59,036 nucleotides of DNA from the NCBI GenBank assembly GCA_034666665.1, contig JAXDLK010000005.1, positions 1 through 59,036 of the forward strand, given 5' to 3'. Source of the stretch: Candidatus Binatota bacterium. Its GTDB lineage: Bacteria; Desulfobacterota; Binatia; JACPRU01. This document shows positions 8,819 through 18,261 of the stretch, piece after piece. The translations under genes were made by a program, and so were the position numbers. A model generated the notes under the pieces. That model did not search any database and had not been told where the DNA came from. It saw nothing but the letters and a program-made list of their open reading frames with translations. Positions within the stretch are counted from its first letter, which is position 1. Every line of letters starts with the position of its first letter.

Positions 8819-9910
8819 ATGGTCAAGGCCGCAGTCATGTGGGGGTTCGGGGAGCCCCTGAAGATCGACTCGGTGGCGCTCAAGGCGCCCCGCGAGGACG
8901 AGGTCGTCGTCAAGGTCGTCGCCAGCGGCGTCTGTCACTCGGATCTCTCGGTGGTGCAGATGAAGATTCCCATTCCTCCGCCGGTGGTTCTCGGCCACGA
9001 GGGTGCGGGGATCGTCGAGGAGGTCGGAAAGAGCGTACGCGATCTCCGGCCGGGCGATCACGTCGTTCTCTCCTGGGTGGAGAATTGCGGCCATTGTCAC
9101 TACTGCGTCGCGGGGCACGGGCACCTCTGCGACACCGGCATCCGCAATTCGATGGCAGGGAAGGAGGCGGTGTTCGAGAAGGACGGAGTCGACATCGCGC
9201 GCATGGCGGGCGTGGCTTCGTTCGCCGAGCGCACGATCGTGCGAGCGACTTCGGCGATCAAGATCCGTGACGACGTTCCGCTCGACAAGGCGTGCCTCGT
9301 CGGCTGTGGGGTGATGACCGGCGTGGGCGCGGCGGTGAACACCGCGAAGGTGCGCCCCGGGGAGACCGTGGCAGTGTTCGGCTGCGGGGGGGTCGGCCTG
9401 AACGTGATCCAGGGGGCGGCGCTCTGTGGCGCCTCGCGGATCATCGCCATCGACCTCGTCGAATCGAAGCTCCGGCTCGCCGAGACGTTCGGCGCGACCG
9501 ACGTGCTCAACCCGAAGCAGGCGGGAGACGTCGGCGAAGCGATTCGCGGTCTCACCGACGGCCTCGGCGTCGACTACGCGTTCGAGGTGATCGGCCTCCC
9601 GGACGTGGTCGCCCAGGCGTTCATGTGCACGAAGCGTGGCGGCAAGACCGTCGTCGTCGGCGTCCCCGCGTTCGGTCAGACGATCTCGGTCGACGCCTTC
9701 CGTCTGCCCCTCGAGGAGAAGGCGTTGATCGGCTCCCTCTATGGGTCGGCGAACATGCGCCGCGACATGCCGAAGCTGATCGACCTCTACGTGCAGAAGA
9801 AGCTCAAGATCGACGAGCTCATCTCCCGGACGATCACTCTCGAAGAAGTGAACGAGGCGTTCTCGGCCATGGAGTCCGGCGAGGTCGCCCGGAGCGTGAT
9901 CGTCTACTGA
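8819..9910 (+). CDS. Zn-dependent alcohol dehydrogenase (MDR superfamily)
   Basis: Motifs seen: GVCHSDL, GHEGAGIVEEVG, the structural-Zn Cys cluster CGHCHYCVAGHGHLC, and the Rossmann motif VFGCGGVGL. Confidence 0.9.
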   Translation: MVKAAVMWGFGEPLKIDSVALKAPREDEVVVKVVASGVCHSDLSVVQMKIPIPPPVVLGHEGAGIVEEVGKSVRDLRPGDHVVLSWVENCGHCHYCVAGHGHLCDTGIRNSMAGKEAVFEKDGVDIARMAGVASFAERTIVRATSAIKIRDDVPLDKACLVGCGVMTGVGAAVNTAKVRPGETVAVFGCGGVGLNVIQGAALCGASRIIAIDLVESKLRLAETFGATDVLNPKQAGDVGEAIRGLTDGLGVDYAFEVIGLPDVVAQAFMCTKRGGKTVVVGVPAFGQTISVDAFRLPLEEKALIGSLYGSANMRRDMPKLIDLYVQKKLKIDELISRTITLEEVNEAFSAMESGEVARSVIVY

Positions 9911-10479
9911 GCCTTCCCTTCCGGCCGGGCGTAGCGACCGACGAGGCGTGCCTCCGCGAGCGATTCCTTCTCGATCGCCTCGCGTACCGCCTTGGTGCTC
10001 GTCTGATCGGACGGCTCGATCGGTTTCCCGAGCGCGTGGAACGCGAAGACGTAGCGATGAGGCGGCCCGGGCGGCGGACAGGGGCCGCCATAGCCGATCT
10101 TGCCGAAGCCGTTGGCGCCCTGCTTCGTTCCGTCGCCGAGGTCGGCAGCGGGCTTCACGCCTTCGTCGAGCGCTCGAGCGGCGCCGGGAATGTTGTAGAT
10201 CACCCAGTGCGTGAAGGTTCCCCCGGGTGCATCGGGATCATCGACCGTGAGGGCGAACGCCCTGGTCTCTTGCGGCGCACCGTTCCACTGGAGCTTGGGC
10301 GACCGATCGGCGCCGTCACACGTGAACGCCGTGGGAATGTCGCCGCCGTCCTTGAAGTCGGGGCTCGTCAGGACGAAGACGTCGTCGGCACGCGCTTGCT
10401 GATGAAGGGTGACGGCGACGACGGCGGCGATCGCCGTTGCCGTCCACCGAGTCGAGAGTGAGCCGGCCGGAAGTCTCAT
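9904..10479 (-). CDS. YbhB/YbcL family Raf-kinase-inhibitor-like (PEBP) protein, secreted
   Basis: Motifs seen: TCDGADRSPKLQW, LTVDDPDAP, FTHWVIYNIPG and PPPGPPHRYVFAFHAL. The start is set at ATG 10479 (MRLPAGSLSTRWTATAIAAVVAV, a signal peptide). Confidence 0.85.
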   Translation of the reverse strand: MRLPAGSLSTRWTATAIAAVVAVTLHQQARADDVFVLTSPDFKDGGDIPTAFTCDGADRSPKLQWNGAPQETRAFALTVDDPDAPGGTFTHWVIYNIPGAARALDEGVKPAADLGDGTKQGANGFGKIGYGGPCPPPGPPHRYVFAFHALGKPIEPSDQTSTKAVREAIEKESLAEARLVGRYARPEGKAQ

Positions 10480-10603
10480 GTTCGTCCTCCTCGTCGAAGA
10501 GTGGGGACATGGGCCGGACGTGCCCGGTGGTGCGGCGACGCCGCCGATCCCCGAGTCGATCGAACACGGACGAGGCGGAATTTCCTCGTCCCGGAGGTGA
10601 CGC

Positions 10604-12871
10604 ATGACCGAGCTGGCGACGGATCTACGCAGCGCTGCCGAGGAGCGCTACCTGAGCTACGCCCTCTCGGTGATCACCAGTCGCGCGCTGCCGGACGTGC
10701 GCGACGGCCTGAAACCGGTGCAGCGCCGGATCCTCTTCGCGATGGCCGAAAACCTCGGCCTGGCTCCGGGTGCGAGGCCGCGAAAATCCGCCGCCGTCGT
10801 CGGCGAGGTGCTCGGCAAATATCATCCCCACGGCGACCTGGCCGCGTACGAGGCGATGGTACGGATGGCGCAGCCGTTCGCGCTTCGGTACCCGCTCGTC
10901 GAGGGCGAGGGGAACTTCGGATCCCTCGACGGGGATGGCGCGGCGGCGATGCGGTACACGGAGGTGCGGCTCGCGCGGGTGGCCCAGGCACTGCTCGGCG
11001 AGCTCGACGCGGACACGGTTCCGTTTCACGCGAACTACGACGCCACGCGGGAGGAGCCGGTCGTCCTGCCGGCCGCGGTGCCGCAGCTCCTGATGAACGG
11101 CTCGACGGGCATCGCCGTCGGCATGGCCACGAACGTTCCGCCCCACAACCTGGGCGAGCTGGTGGACGCGCTGATCGCGATGATCGACGACCCCGCAGCC
11201 GAGACCAAGACGCTGCTGAAATTCGTCAAGGGCCCGGACTTCCCGACCGGCGGCGAGATCCTCAACACGAAGGCGGAGCTGCGCTCCATCTACGAGAGCG
11301 GACAGGGGGCGATTCGTCTCCGCGGCCAGTACCGGCTGGAGAGCCTGTCGCGCGGTCGCCAGCAGATCGTCATCACCTCCATCCCCTACGGGGCCAACAA
11401 GGCGACGCTCGTCGAGTCGATCGCGGAGCTGATCGTCAGCCGCAAGCTGCCTCAGGTGGTCGACGTCCGCGACGAGTCGACGAACGACGTGCGCGTCGTT
11501 CTCGAGCCGAAGAGCGGCACCGCGCCCGAGCTGATCATGGCGTACCTGTACAAGCACACCGACCTCGCTGCGAACTTCAACGTGAACCTGACGTGCCTGG
11601 TGCCGACCGCGAATCCGCTCGTCGGCCAACCGGCGCGGCTGTCGCTCCGCGAGCTCTGCCGCCATTTCCTCGATTTCCGCCTCCAGGTGGTGACCCGCCG
11701 TCTCGCGTACGAGAAGCGAAAGCTCGAGGAGCGGCTCCATCTCCTGGAGGGCTTCGCGATCCTCCACGGCGACCTCGACCGCGCGATCCGCATCATCCGG
11801 TCCGCAGAGTCACGCGAGGATGCCGCGGGGAAGCTCCAGGCGGCGTTCCGCCTGGATGACGTGCAGGTTCACGCGATCCTCGAGATCCGCCTCTACCAGC
11901 TCGCCCGTCTGGAGATGGGCAAGATCCAGAAGGAGCGCACGGAGAAGCGCGAGCGGCTCGCCGAGGTCGAGGACTTGCTGAAGAAGCCCAAGCGGCGCTG
12001 GCAGATCATCCGCGACGAGCTGGGGAAGGCGAAGAAGGACTATTCCGATGCACGCCGCACGGCGATCTCGCGCGCCGAGGAGCTCGCCTACGATCCCGAG
12101 GCGTACATCGTGCACGAGGAGGCGACGGTGCTCTTCTCGCGCGACGGGTGGGTGAAACGCGTCCGCGAGATCAAGGATCCGTCGACGACGCGGCTCCGGG
12201 AGGGCGACGCGCTCTTCCGTGTCCTCGCGGGGAGCACTCGCGACCGCATCACGGTCTTCTCGAGCTTCGGCGGGCTCTACGTGCTGCCGGTGAACACGCT
12301 GCCCGCCACCACCGGATACGGCGAGCCGATTCAATCGATGGCGAAGTTCGCCGACAACGAGCGAGTCATCGACGTCATGCTCGTGTCCGGATCGTCTGTG
12401 CCTTCGGAGCAGGGCACTCTCTTCGACAAATCGACGGCGCCGGCGCAGCTCCTGCTCGCGACCGCACGAGGGTTCGGGTTCCGCCTCACTCCCGATCTCT
12501 CGGAGACGACTCGCGCCGGTCGAAAGATCGCGCGCACCGGAAAGGGTGATGAGGTGGTGTCGATCTCCCCCGTCCGCGGGCGCGAGGTGATCGTCGCGGC
12601 GGCGAGGGGCAAGATGCTGCGGTTCCCGCTCGGCGAGGTGCCCGAGCTCTCCGGAGCGGGCAAGGGCGTCTACCTGATGCGGCCCGGGGAGGCAGCGGAC
12701 CGGATCGTGGGTGCGGTGTCGCCGCCCGCGGACGGCCGAATGGTCGTCGTCACCACGGACGGAGGGGAACGGCGCATTCACCCGTCGGACGTGCCCGTGG
12801 GCCGGCGCGGCGGCAAGGGACAGAAGGTCGTGAAGCGCGGCGGCATCGCCGCCGTCCGCCTGGAGGGATAG
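10604..12871 (+). CDS. Type IIA DNA topoisomerase subunit A (GyrA/ParC family; its 755-aa size suggests topoisomerase IV)
   Basis: Motifs seen: [32 protein letters not shown] and GKYHPHGD, plus the catalytic Tyr context [10 protein letters not shown]. The C-terminus carries beta-pinwheel repeats. Confidence 0.9.
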   Translation: MTELATDLRSAAEERYLSYALSVITSRALPDVRDGLKPVQRRILFAMAENLGLAPGARPRKSAAVVGEVLGKYHPHGDLAAYEAMVRMAQPFALRYPLVEGEGNFGSLDGDGAAAMRYTEVRLARVAQALLGELDADTVPFHANYDATREEPVVLPAAVPQLLMNGSTGIAVGMATNVPPHNLGELVDALIAMIDDPAAETKTLLKFVKGPDFPTGGEILNTKAELRSIYESGQGAIRLRGQYRLESLSRGRQQIVITSIPYGANKATLVESIAELIVSRKLPQVVDVRDESTNDVRVVLEPKSGTAPELIMAYLYKHTDLAANFNVNLTCLVPTANPLVGQPARLSLRELCRHFLDFRLQVVTRRLAYEKRKLEERLHLLEGFAILHGDLDRAIRIIRSAESREDAAGKLQAAFRLDDVQVHAILEIRLYQLARLEMGKIQKERTEKRERLAEVEDLLKKPKRRWQIIRDELGKAKKDYSDARRTAISRAEELAYDPEAYIVHEEATVLFSRDGWVKRVREIKDPSTTRLREGDALFRVLAGSTRDRITVFSSFGGLYVLPVNTLPATTGYGEPIQSMAKFADNERVIDVMLVSGSSVPSEQGTLFDKSTAPAQLLLATARGFGFRLTPDLSETTRAGRKIARTGKGDEVVSISPVRGREVIVAAARGKMLRFPLGEVPELSGAGKGVYLMRPGEAADRIVGAVSPPADGRMVVVTTDGGERRIHPSDVPVGRRGGKGQKVVKRGGIAAVRLEG

Positions 12872-12882
12872 GGTCGCACCGG

Positions 12883-14811
12883 ATGGCGAGATCGAAGTAC
12901 ACGGCGGAAGACATCACCGTCCTCGAGGGACTCGAGCCGGTGCGCAAGCGGCCGGCGATGTACATCGGCGGCGTCGGGCCCGAAGGCTTGCACCATCTTC
13001 TCTGGGAGGTGGTCGACAACTCCGTCGACGAGGCGATCAACGGATACGCCGGGCGGATCCACGTGACGCTGCATGCCGACCGGTCGTCGGCGACGGTTGC
13101 GGACGACGGTCGCGGAATCCCCGTCGACCTCCACAAGAAGTACAAGAAGCCCGCGCTCGAGCTGATCCTCACGACGCTGCATGCGGGCGGCAAGTTCGAG
13201 GCGAAGAACTATCTCCATTCCGGCGGCCTTCACGGCGTCGGCGCGTCGGTGGTGACGGCGTTGTCGGTCGAAATGGTGGCGACGGTACGTCGCGACGGCG
13301 CCGAGTGGCAGCAGGCGTTCTCGCGCGGCAAACCGAGGACCAAGCTCAAGCGCACCGGCGCCGCGCGTGGCAGCGGCACGACGATCTTCTTCCGGCCGGA
13401 TCCGGAGATCTTCCCTTCGACGAAGCTCGATGCCGAGGTCATCGCCGCCCGCCTCGAGGCGAAGGCGTACCTGCACAAGGGCTTGACGGTGGTGTTCACC
13501 GACGAGGCCGCCGGCGACACGACGACGTTTCACTACGAGGACGGGATCCGCGCGTACCTCGCGAAGCTCGTCGCCGAGCGCGGCCTCGACCCGGTCGGCG
13601 GCGAGGTCTTCTACACGGAGCGATTGCAGCCGGCGCCCGAGGGAGGCGGCACGATTCCCGAGCTCGAGTGCGCCGTCGTGTGGACGGAGGCCACGTCGGA
13701 GACGTTCCTCACGTTCGTCAACAGCATTCCGACCACGGCCGGAGGAACGCACGAGAACGGGCTCAAGGCGGCGATCAATCGCGCGCTCAGAAACTATCTC
13801 GAGATTCACAACCGGGTTCCCCGCGGCCTCACGGTCGCCGCCGAGGACGTACGCGAGGGGGTCGTGGCGGTGCTCTCGTGTTACCTCACGAGCCCGCAGT
13901 TCCAGGGGCAGACGAAGGAGCGCCTGAACAACCCGGAGACGGCGGCGCTGGTCGACGCCGCGATCCGCACGGCGCTCGAGAACTACCTGATGGGCAACCG
14001 CTCCGTGGCCGATGCGATCGCGGAACGGGTGATCCTCGCGGCTCGGGCGCGGAGCGCGTCGCGCGTGGCGGCGCAGCAGGTCACCCGCAAAGGGGCGATC
14101 TCCCACCGCCTGAACCTGCCGGGAAAGCTGGCCGACTGCAGCTCGACCGATCCCGCGGAGTGCGAGCTCTTCATCGTCGAGGGCGACTCCGCCGGCGGCT
14201 CGGCGAAGCAGGGCCGCGATCGGCAGTTCCAGGCGATCCTGCCGCTCCGCGGAAAGGTGCTCAACACCGAGGAAGCAGCGACGGGGAAGGTGCTGACCAA
14301 CAAGGAGCTCGGGGATCTGGTTTCCGCGCTCGGCTGCGGCGCGGGCAGGGATTTCGACGCGGCGAAGCTCCGCTACCACAAGATCTGCCTGCTCATGGAC
14401 GCGGATTCCGACGGCAACCACATCTGCACGCTGCTGCTCACGTTCTTCTTTCGCCACCTGCCCGGGCTCGTGCAAGGCGGCTTCGTCTACATCGCGCAGC
14501 CGCCGCTCTACCGCATCGACGTCGGCAAGCAGACCCACTGGGCGCTCGACGATCGGGAGAAGGATCGGCTGCTCGGGTCCGTCGACGGAAAGTCCGTGCG
14601 GGTGACGCGCTTCAAGGGTCTCGGCGAGATGAACCCGAAGACGCTGAAGGAGACCACGCTCGATCCGGAGCATCGATCGCTCCTGCGCGTATCGCTGTCC
14701 GATCCGGAGGGAACCGACCGTACGTTCAAGACGCTCATGGGACGCGACGTCGCCCCACGCTTCCAGCTGATCATGGAGCGGGCGCCGAAGGTCGAAGAGC
14801 TCGATCTCTGA
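12883..14811 (+). CDS. Type IIA DNA topoisomerase subunit B (GyrB/ParE family)
   Basis: Motifs seen: EGLEPVRKRPAMYIG, HHLLWEVVDNSVDEA, the Toprim motif ELFIVEGDSAGGSAKQGRDR, PLRGKVLN and LMDADSDGNHI. It starts 11 nt after subunit A. Confidence 0.92.
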   Translation: MARSKYTAEDITVLEGLEPVRKRPAMYIGGVGPEGLHHLLWEVVDNSVDEAINGYAGRIHVTLHADRSSATVADDGRGIPVDLHKKYKKPALELILTTLHAGGKFEAKNYLHSGGLHGVGASVVTALSVEMVATVRRDGAEWQQAFSRGKPRTKLKRTGAARGSGTTIFFRPDPEIFPSTKLDAEVIAARLEAKAYLHKGLTVVFTDEAAGDTTTFHYEDGIRAYLAKLVAERGLDPVGGEVFYTERLQPAPEGGGTIPELECAVVWTEATSETFLTFVNSIPTTAGGTHENGLKAAINRALRNYLEIHNRVPRGLTVAAEDVREGVVAVLSCYLTSPQFQGQTKERLNNPETAALVDAAIRTALENYLMGNRSVADAIAERVILAARARSASRVAAQQVTRKGAISHRLNLPGKLADCSSTDPAECELFIVEGDSAGGSAKQGRDRQFQAILPLRGKVLNTEEAATGKVLTNKELGDLVSALGCGAGRDFDAAKLRYHKICLLMDADSDGNHICTLLLTFFFRHLPGLVQGGFVYIAQPPLYRIDVGKQTHWALDDREKDRLLGSVDGKSVRVTRFKGLGEMNPKTLKETTLDPEHRSLLRVSLSDPEGTDRTFKTLMGRDVAPRFQLIMERAPKVEELDL

Positions 14812-14872
14812 ACCCGACGCCGCGTGACGGCCGTCGGTTGAAACCGCCAACTCGAGCCTTCATGCTGGCCGG

Positions 14873-15874
14873 GTGCATCGCATCGCGCTGATCCCCGGAG
14901 ACGGGATCGGGCCGGAAGTGACGGACGCCGCCCGGACCGTCATCGAGGCCGCGGGCGTGCCCGTGGAGTGGGTGGTCGCGCAGGCGGGTGCCGGTGCCGC
15001 GACCGCGGCCGGCGATCCGCTGCCCGATGCGGTCCTCGACGCGATTCGCGATTCCGACGCCTCGCTCAAGGGTCCGGTGACCACGCCGATCGGCACCGGG
15101 TTCCAGAGCGTGAACGTGCGACTGCGGCGGGCGCTGGATCTCTACGCGAGCCTCCGGCCGGTGCGCTCGCTGCCGGGCATCGAGACGCGCCACCCGAACG
15201 TGGACCTCGTGGTCGTCCGCGAGAACACCGAGGGACTCTACTCCGGGATCGAGCACCGCGTGGTCCCGGGCGTCGTCGAGAGCCTCAAGATCATGACGGA
15301 GAAGGCGTGCACGCGGATCGCGGAGTTCGCCTTCGACTACTCCCAGCGTGCCGGCCGGCGCAAGGTGACGGCGGTTCACAAGGCAAACGTGATGCCGCTC
15401 GCCGACGGGCTCTTCTTGAACTGCGCGCAGCTCGTCGCGCGCCGCTATCCGCACATCGATTACGAGGAAGTGATCATCGACAACCTCTGCATGCGTCTGG
15501 TGCTCGATCCGTCCGAGTTCGACGTGATCCTGCTCGAGAATCTCTACGGCGACATCATCTCGGATCTCACCGCCGGCCTCGTGGGAGGGCTCGGGGTGGT
15601 GCCCGGCGCGAACATCGGTGCACGGCGCGCGGTGTACGAGGCGGTGCACGGAAGCGCGCCCGACATCGCCGGCAAGGGGCTCGCGAACCCGACGGCGCTG
15701 ATCCTCTCGTCGGTGCTGATGCTCGAGGATCTCGGCGAGCGTGACGCTGCCCGGCGGATCCGACGGGCGGTCGAGACGGTGCTCGGAGAAGCGAAGGTAC
15801 GCACCCGCGATCTCGGCGGCACGGCCACCACGGCGGAGTACGTGGACGCGCTCCTCCGCGAGGTCACCGCGTGA
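14873..15874 (+). CDS. NAD-type isocitrate/homoisocitrate dehydrogenase family subunit (IDH3-alpha-like, full catalytic motif set)
   Basis: GTG start. Motifs seen: IPGDGIGPEV, SVNVRLRRALDLYASLRP, VRENTEGLYSG, HKANVM, IDNLCMRLV, NLYGDIISDL and HGSAPDIAGKGLANP. Confidence 0.88.
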   Translation: MHRIALIPGDGIGPEVTDAARTVIEAAGVPVEWVVAQAGAGAATAAGDPLPDAVLDAIRDSDASLKGPVTTPIGTGFQSVNVRLRRALDLYASLRPVRSLPGIETRHPNVDLVVVRENTEGLYSGIEHRVVPGVVESLKIMTEKACTRIAEFAFDYSQRAGRRKVTAVHKANVMPLADGLFLNCAQLVARRYPHIDYEEVIIDNLCMRLVLDPSEFDVILLENLYGDIISDLTAGLVGGLGVVPGANIGARRAVYEAVHGSAPDIAGKGLANPTALILSSVLMLEDLGERDAARRIRRAVETVLGEAKVRTRDLGGTATTAEYVDALLREVTA

Positions 15875-16875
15875 GCGCCGCAGCGCATCGCGTGGTGCTG
15901 ATCCCGGGCGACTCCGTCGGTCCGGAGATCGCCGACGCGACGGTGCTCGTCGTCGAGGCGAGCGGGGCCCGCATCGAATGGCAGGAGGCGCTCTTCGGAA
16001 TGCGCGCGATGGTCAGCTACGGGACGCCGCTGCCGCAGGAATCGCTCGAGACGGTGCGGCGCATCGGGATCGCGCTCAAGGGCCGATTGCTGTCGGCTCC
16101 GGGGAGCGCCGTGCTGAACCCGAACGTCATGCTGCGACGTGCGCTCGGGCTCTTTGCCCAGATCCGGCCGGTGCGGAGCCTTCCGTGGAGCCGCTATCCG
16201 GATCTGGATCTCGTGGTCGTGCGCGAGACCACCGAGGGCGAGTACGCCGGGCTCGAGCATCGCGTGGTGCCGGGAGTCGTCGAGAGCATCAAGGTCGTCA
16301 CCCAGGCCGCCTGCGCCCGCATCGGCGCGTTCGCCTTCGAGCATGCCCGCGCGAGCGGGCGGAAGAAGGTGACGGCCGTTCACAAGGCGAACATCATGAA
16401 GCTCTCGGACGGTCTCTTCCTCGAGGCCGTACGTGAGGTCGCGCGGGCCCACTCGGACGTCGCTTACGAGGAGATGATCGTCGACAACGCGGCGATGCGG
16501 CTGGTGCTCGATCCGTACCGCTTCGACGTGCTGGTGATGGAGAACTTCTACGGCGATCTGATCGCCGATCTCTGTGCCGGCCTGGCCGGCGGAATCGCGG
16601 CCGCCCGTGCCGCCAGCCTCGGCGACGGCATGGCCGTGTTCGAGGCGGTGCACGGAGAGGCTCCGGAGCTCGTCGGCAAGAACCGCGCGGACCCGCTGAC
16701 GCTGCTCGGCTCGGCAGTCTTGATGCTCCAGCATCTGGGCGAGCACGACGCCGCGGTGCGAATCGAGCGCGCCGTCGATCGCGTGCTGCGCGATGGGAAG
16801 ACTCTGACGCACGATCTCGGTGGCACCGCACGCACCGTGGAGATGGCGCAGGCGATCGCCGCGGCGATGAGGTAG
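15871..16875 (+). CDS. Second, divergent IDH3-like subunit (possible regulatory or partner subunit)
   Basis: A GTGA overlap joins it to the upstream paralog. It keeps VRETTEGEYAG, HKANIMKLSDGLFL and NFYGDLIADL. It reads LNPNVMLRR where the partner has QSVNVRLRR, and HGEAPELVGK where the partner has HGSAPDIAGK. Confidence 0.85.
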   Translation: MSAAAHRVVLIPGDSVGPEIADATVLVVEASGARIEWQEALFGMRAMVSYGTPLPQESLETVRRIGIALKGRLLSAPGSAVLNPNVMLRRALGLFAQIRPVRSLPWSRYPDLDLVVVRETTEGEYAGLEHRVVPGVVESIKVVTQAACARIGAFAFEHARASGRKKVTAVHKANIMKLSDGLFLEAVREVARAHSDVAYEEMIVDNAAMRLVLDPYRFDVLVMENFYGDLIADLCAGLAGGIAAARAASLGDGMAVFEAVHGEAPELVGKNRADPLTLLGSAVLMLQHLGEHDAAVRIERAVDRVLRDGKTLTHDLGGTARTVEMAQAIAAAMR

Positions 16876-16923
16876 AGACGTCGGCGCATCCATTCGCGCC
16901 AGCTCCGTGATAATCGAGGGGGA

Positions 16924-18261
16924 ATGAGGGCGGCGGCAGAACGGCGAGTGATGCGGCGTGTACGCCGCTTCGGCGCCGTCGCGGCGACGGCGGCGCACGT
17001 CTATGCGAGCTACCGGCTCGCGCCGCTTCGCCGTCACCGCGACGCCGGGCGTCATCGCCGGAACGCCGAGCGCATCTATCGCCGCGCGGTCGAGCTCCAA
17101 GGGTTGCTGATCAAGGTGTGCCAGTGGCTCGGCACGCGAGCAGACTTGCTGCCGCCCGAGTACGTCGAGGTGCTGTCGCGGTTGCAGGACCGGGTTCCGC
17201 CGCGGCCGTTTCGCGAGATCCGCCCACATCTCGAGAGAAGCCTCGGGGGCCCGCTCGAGAAGACCTTCGCTCGCATCGACCCGGTTCCCATCGCCGCGGC
17301 CTCACTCGCGCAGGTGCACGAGGCATGGCTGCACGACGGCCGGCGCGTCGCGGTCAAGGTGCAGTACCCGGACATCGCCGCGCTGGTCGCCATGGACCTC
17401 TCCAACCTGCGGATCGTCTTCCGCACGCTGCAGGGCCTCGAACGGCAGCTCGACTTCGTGCCGCTGATCGACGAGGTCGAGCGCTACGTGAAAGAAGAGC
17501 TCGATTTCCTCCGCGAGGGGCGGAGCGCCGAGCACATGGCCGAACGGCTCGGCGGGCGGAGCGACGTCGCGGTCCCGGCGATCGTTTGGCAGCACTCGAC
17601 CTCCACGGTCCTGGTGATGGAGTTCCTCGAGGGGATCAAGGTCACGGACGTCCCTGCGCTGCGCGCGGCCGGGATCGATCCCGCGGGGATCGCCGATCGG
17701 CTGATCCGGCTCTACGCCGAACAAATCCTGCTCCACGGGTTCTTCCACGCCGATCCGCACCCGGGAAACCTCTTCGTGCAGCCGGCGAAGACCGCCGACG
17801 GAGAGCCGCGTCTCGTGCTCCTCGACTTCGGGCTCGTGAAGACGCTCTCGGAGGAGTTCCGCCGCGGTCTCGCGCAGGTGCTGCATGCGATGCTCCTCGG
17901 GCGGCCTTCCGAGGTGCTCGAAAAGCTCGGCGACATCGGCTTCCGCAATCGGCAGCGCACGATCGACGACATGGTTCCGCTGGTCGGCGCGATGCTGGCG
18001 TTCGCGGGAGAGCGTGCCGACCGGCTGTCGGACTCGGAAGTCTTCGAGCGCTTCGGGCCGGAGCTGCTGCGTGCTTATCGCGCGAATCCGCTGGTCCGCA
18101 TTCCCGAGGACATCCTGCTCGTGATGCGCGTCCTCGGCCTTCTCGGCGGCCTCGGCCGCCAGCTCGGCGGCCGTACGAACCTGATCACGGCGCTCCTTCC
18201 CTACGCGGCGCGGGGTGCCGAGCCGGACTCCGCGGCCGGTGCCGAGCCGTCCGGCAGCTGA
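16924..18261 (+). CDS. ABC1/UbiB/AarF atypical kinase family protein
   Basis: Motifs seen: PIAAASLAQVHEA, VAVKVQYPDI and FFHADPHPGNLF. The SD GAGGGGGA precedes the ATG. Confidence 0.88.
   Translation: MRAAAERRVMRRVRRFGAVAATAAHVYASYRLAPLRRHRDAGRHRRNAERIYRRAVELQGLLIKVCQWLGTRADLLPPEYVEVLSRLQDRVPPRPFREIRPHLERSLGGPLEKTFARIDPVPIAAASLAQVHEAWLHDGRRVAVKVQYPDIAALVAMDLSNLRIVFRTLQGLERQLDFVPLIDEVERYVKEELDFLREGRSAEHMAERLGGRSDVAVPAIVWQHSTSTVLVMEFLEGIKVTDVPALRAAGIDPAGIADRLIRLYAEQILLHGFFHADPHPGNLFVQPAKTADGEPRLVLLDFGLVKTLSEEFRRGLAQVLHAMLLGRPSEVLEKLGDIGFRNRQRTIDDMVPLVGAMLAFAGERADRLSDSEVFERFGPELLRAYRANPLVRIPEDILLVMRVLGLLGGLGRQLGGRTNLITALLPYAARGAEPDSAAGAEPSGS

Noticed and set aside
12800-12820. GRRGGKG near the extreme C-terminus of topoisomerase subunit A, which resembles the GyrA box (QRRGGKG).
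   Set aside because: The canonical GyrA box lies at the N-terminal edge of the CTD. Here the motif sits in the last pinwheel blade. Similar Gly/Lys/Arg loops recur in the other blades ([19 protein letters not shown]). It is more likely a blade loop than a GyrA box and cannot be used to call gyrase.
12778-14850. 690-aa ORF antisense to the topoisomerase B subunit. Similar long antisense or off-frame ORFs include 5671..7122 (-), 7779..8780 (-), 10625..11767 (-), 15544..17229 (-), 27974..29920 (-), 43212..45338 (-) and 52417..55065 (+).
   Set aside because: Their composition is Arg/Ala/Gly/Pro-rich and low in complexity. They have no recognisable domains. Each lies opposite or out of frame with a gene that has strong family motifs.
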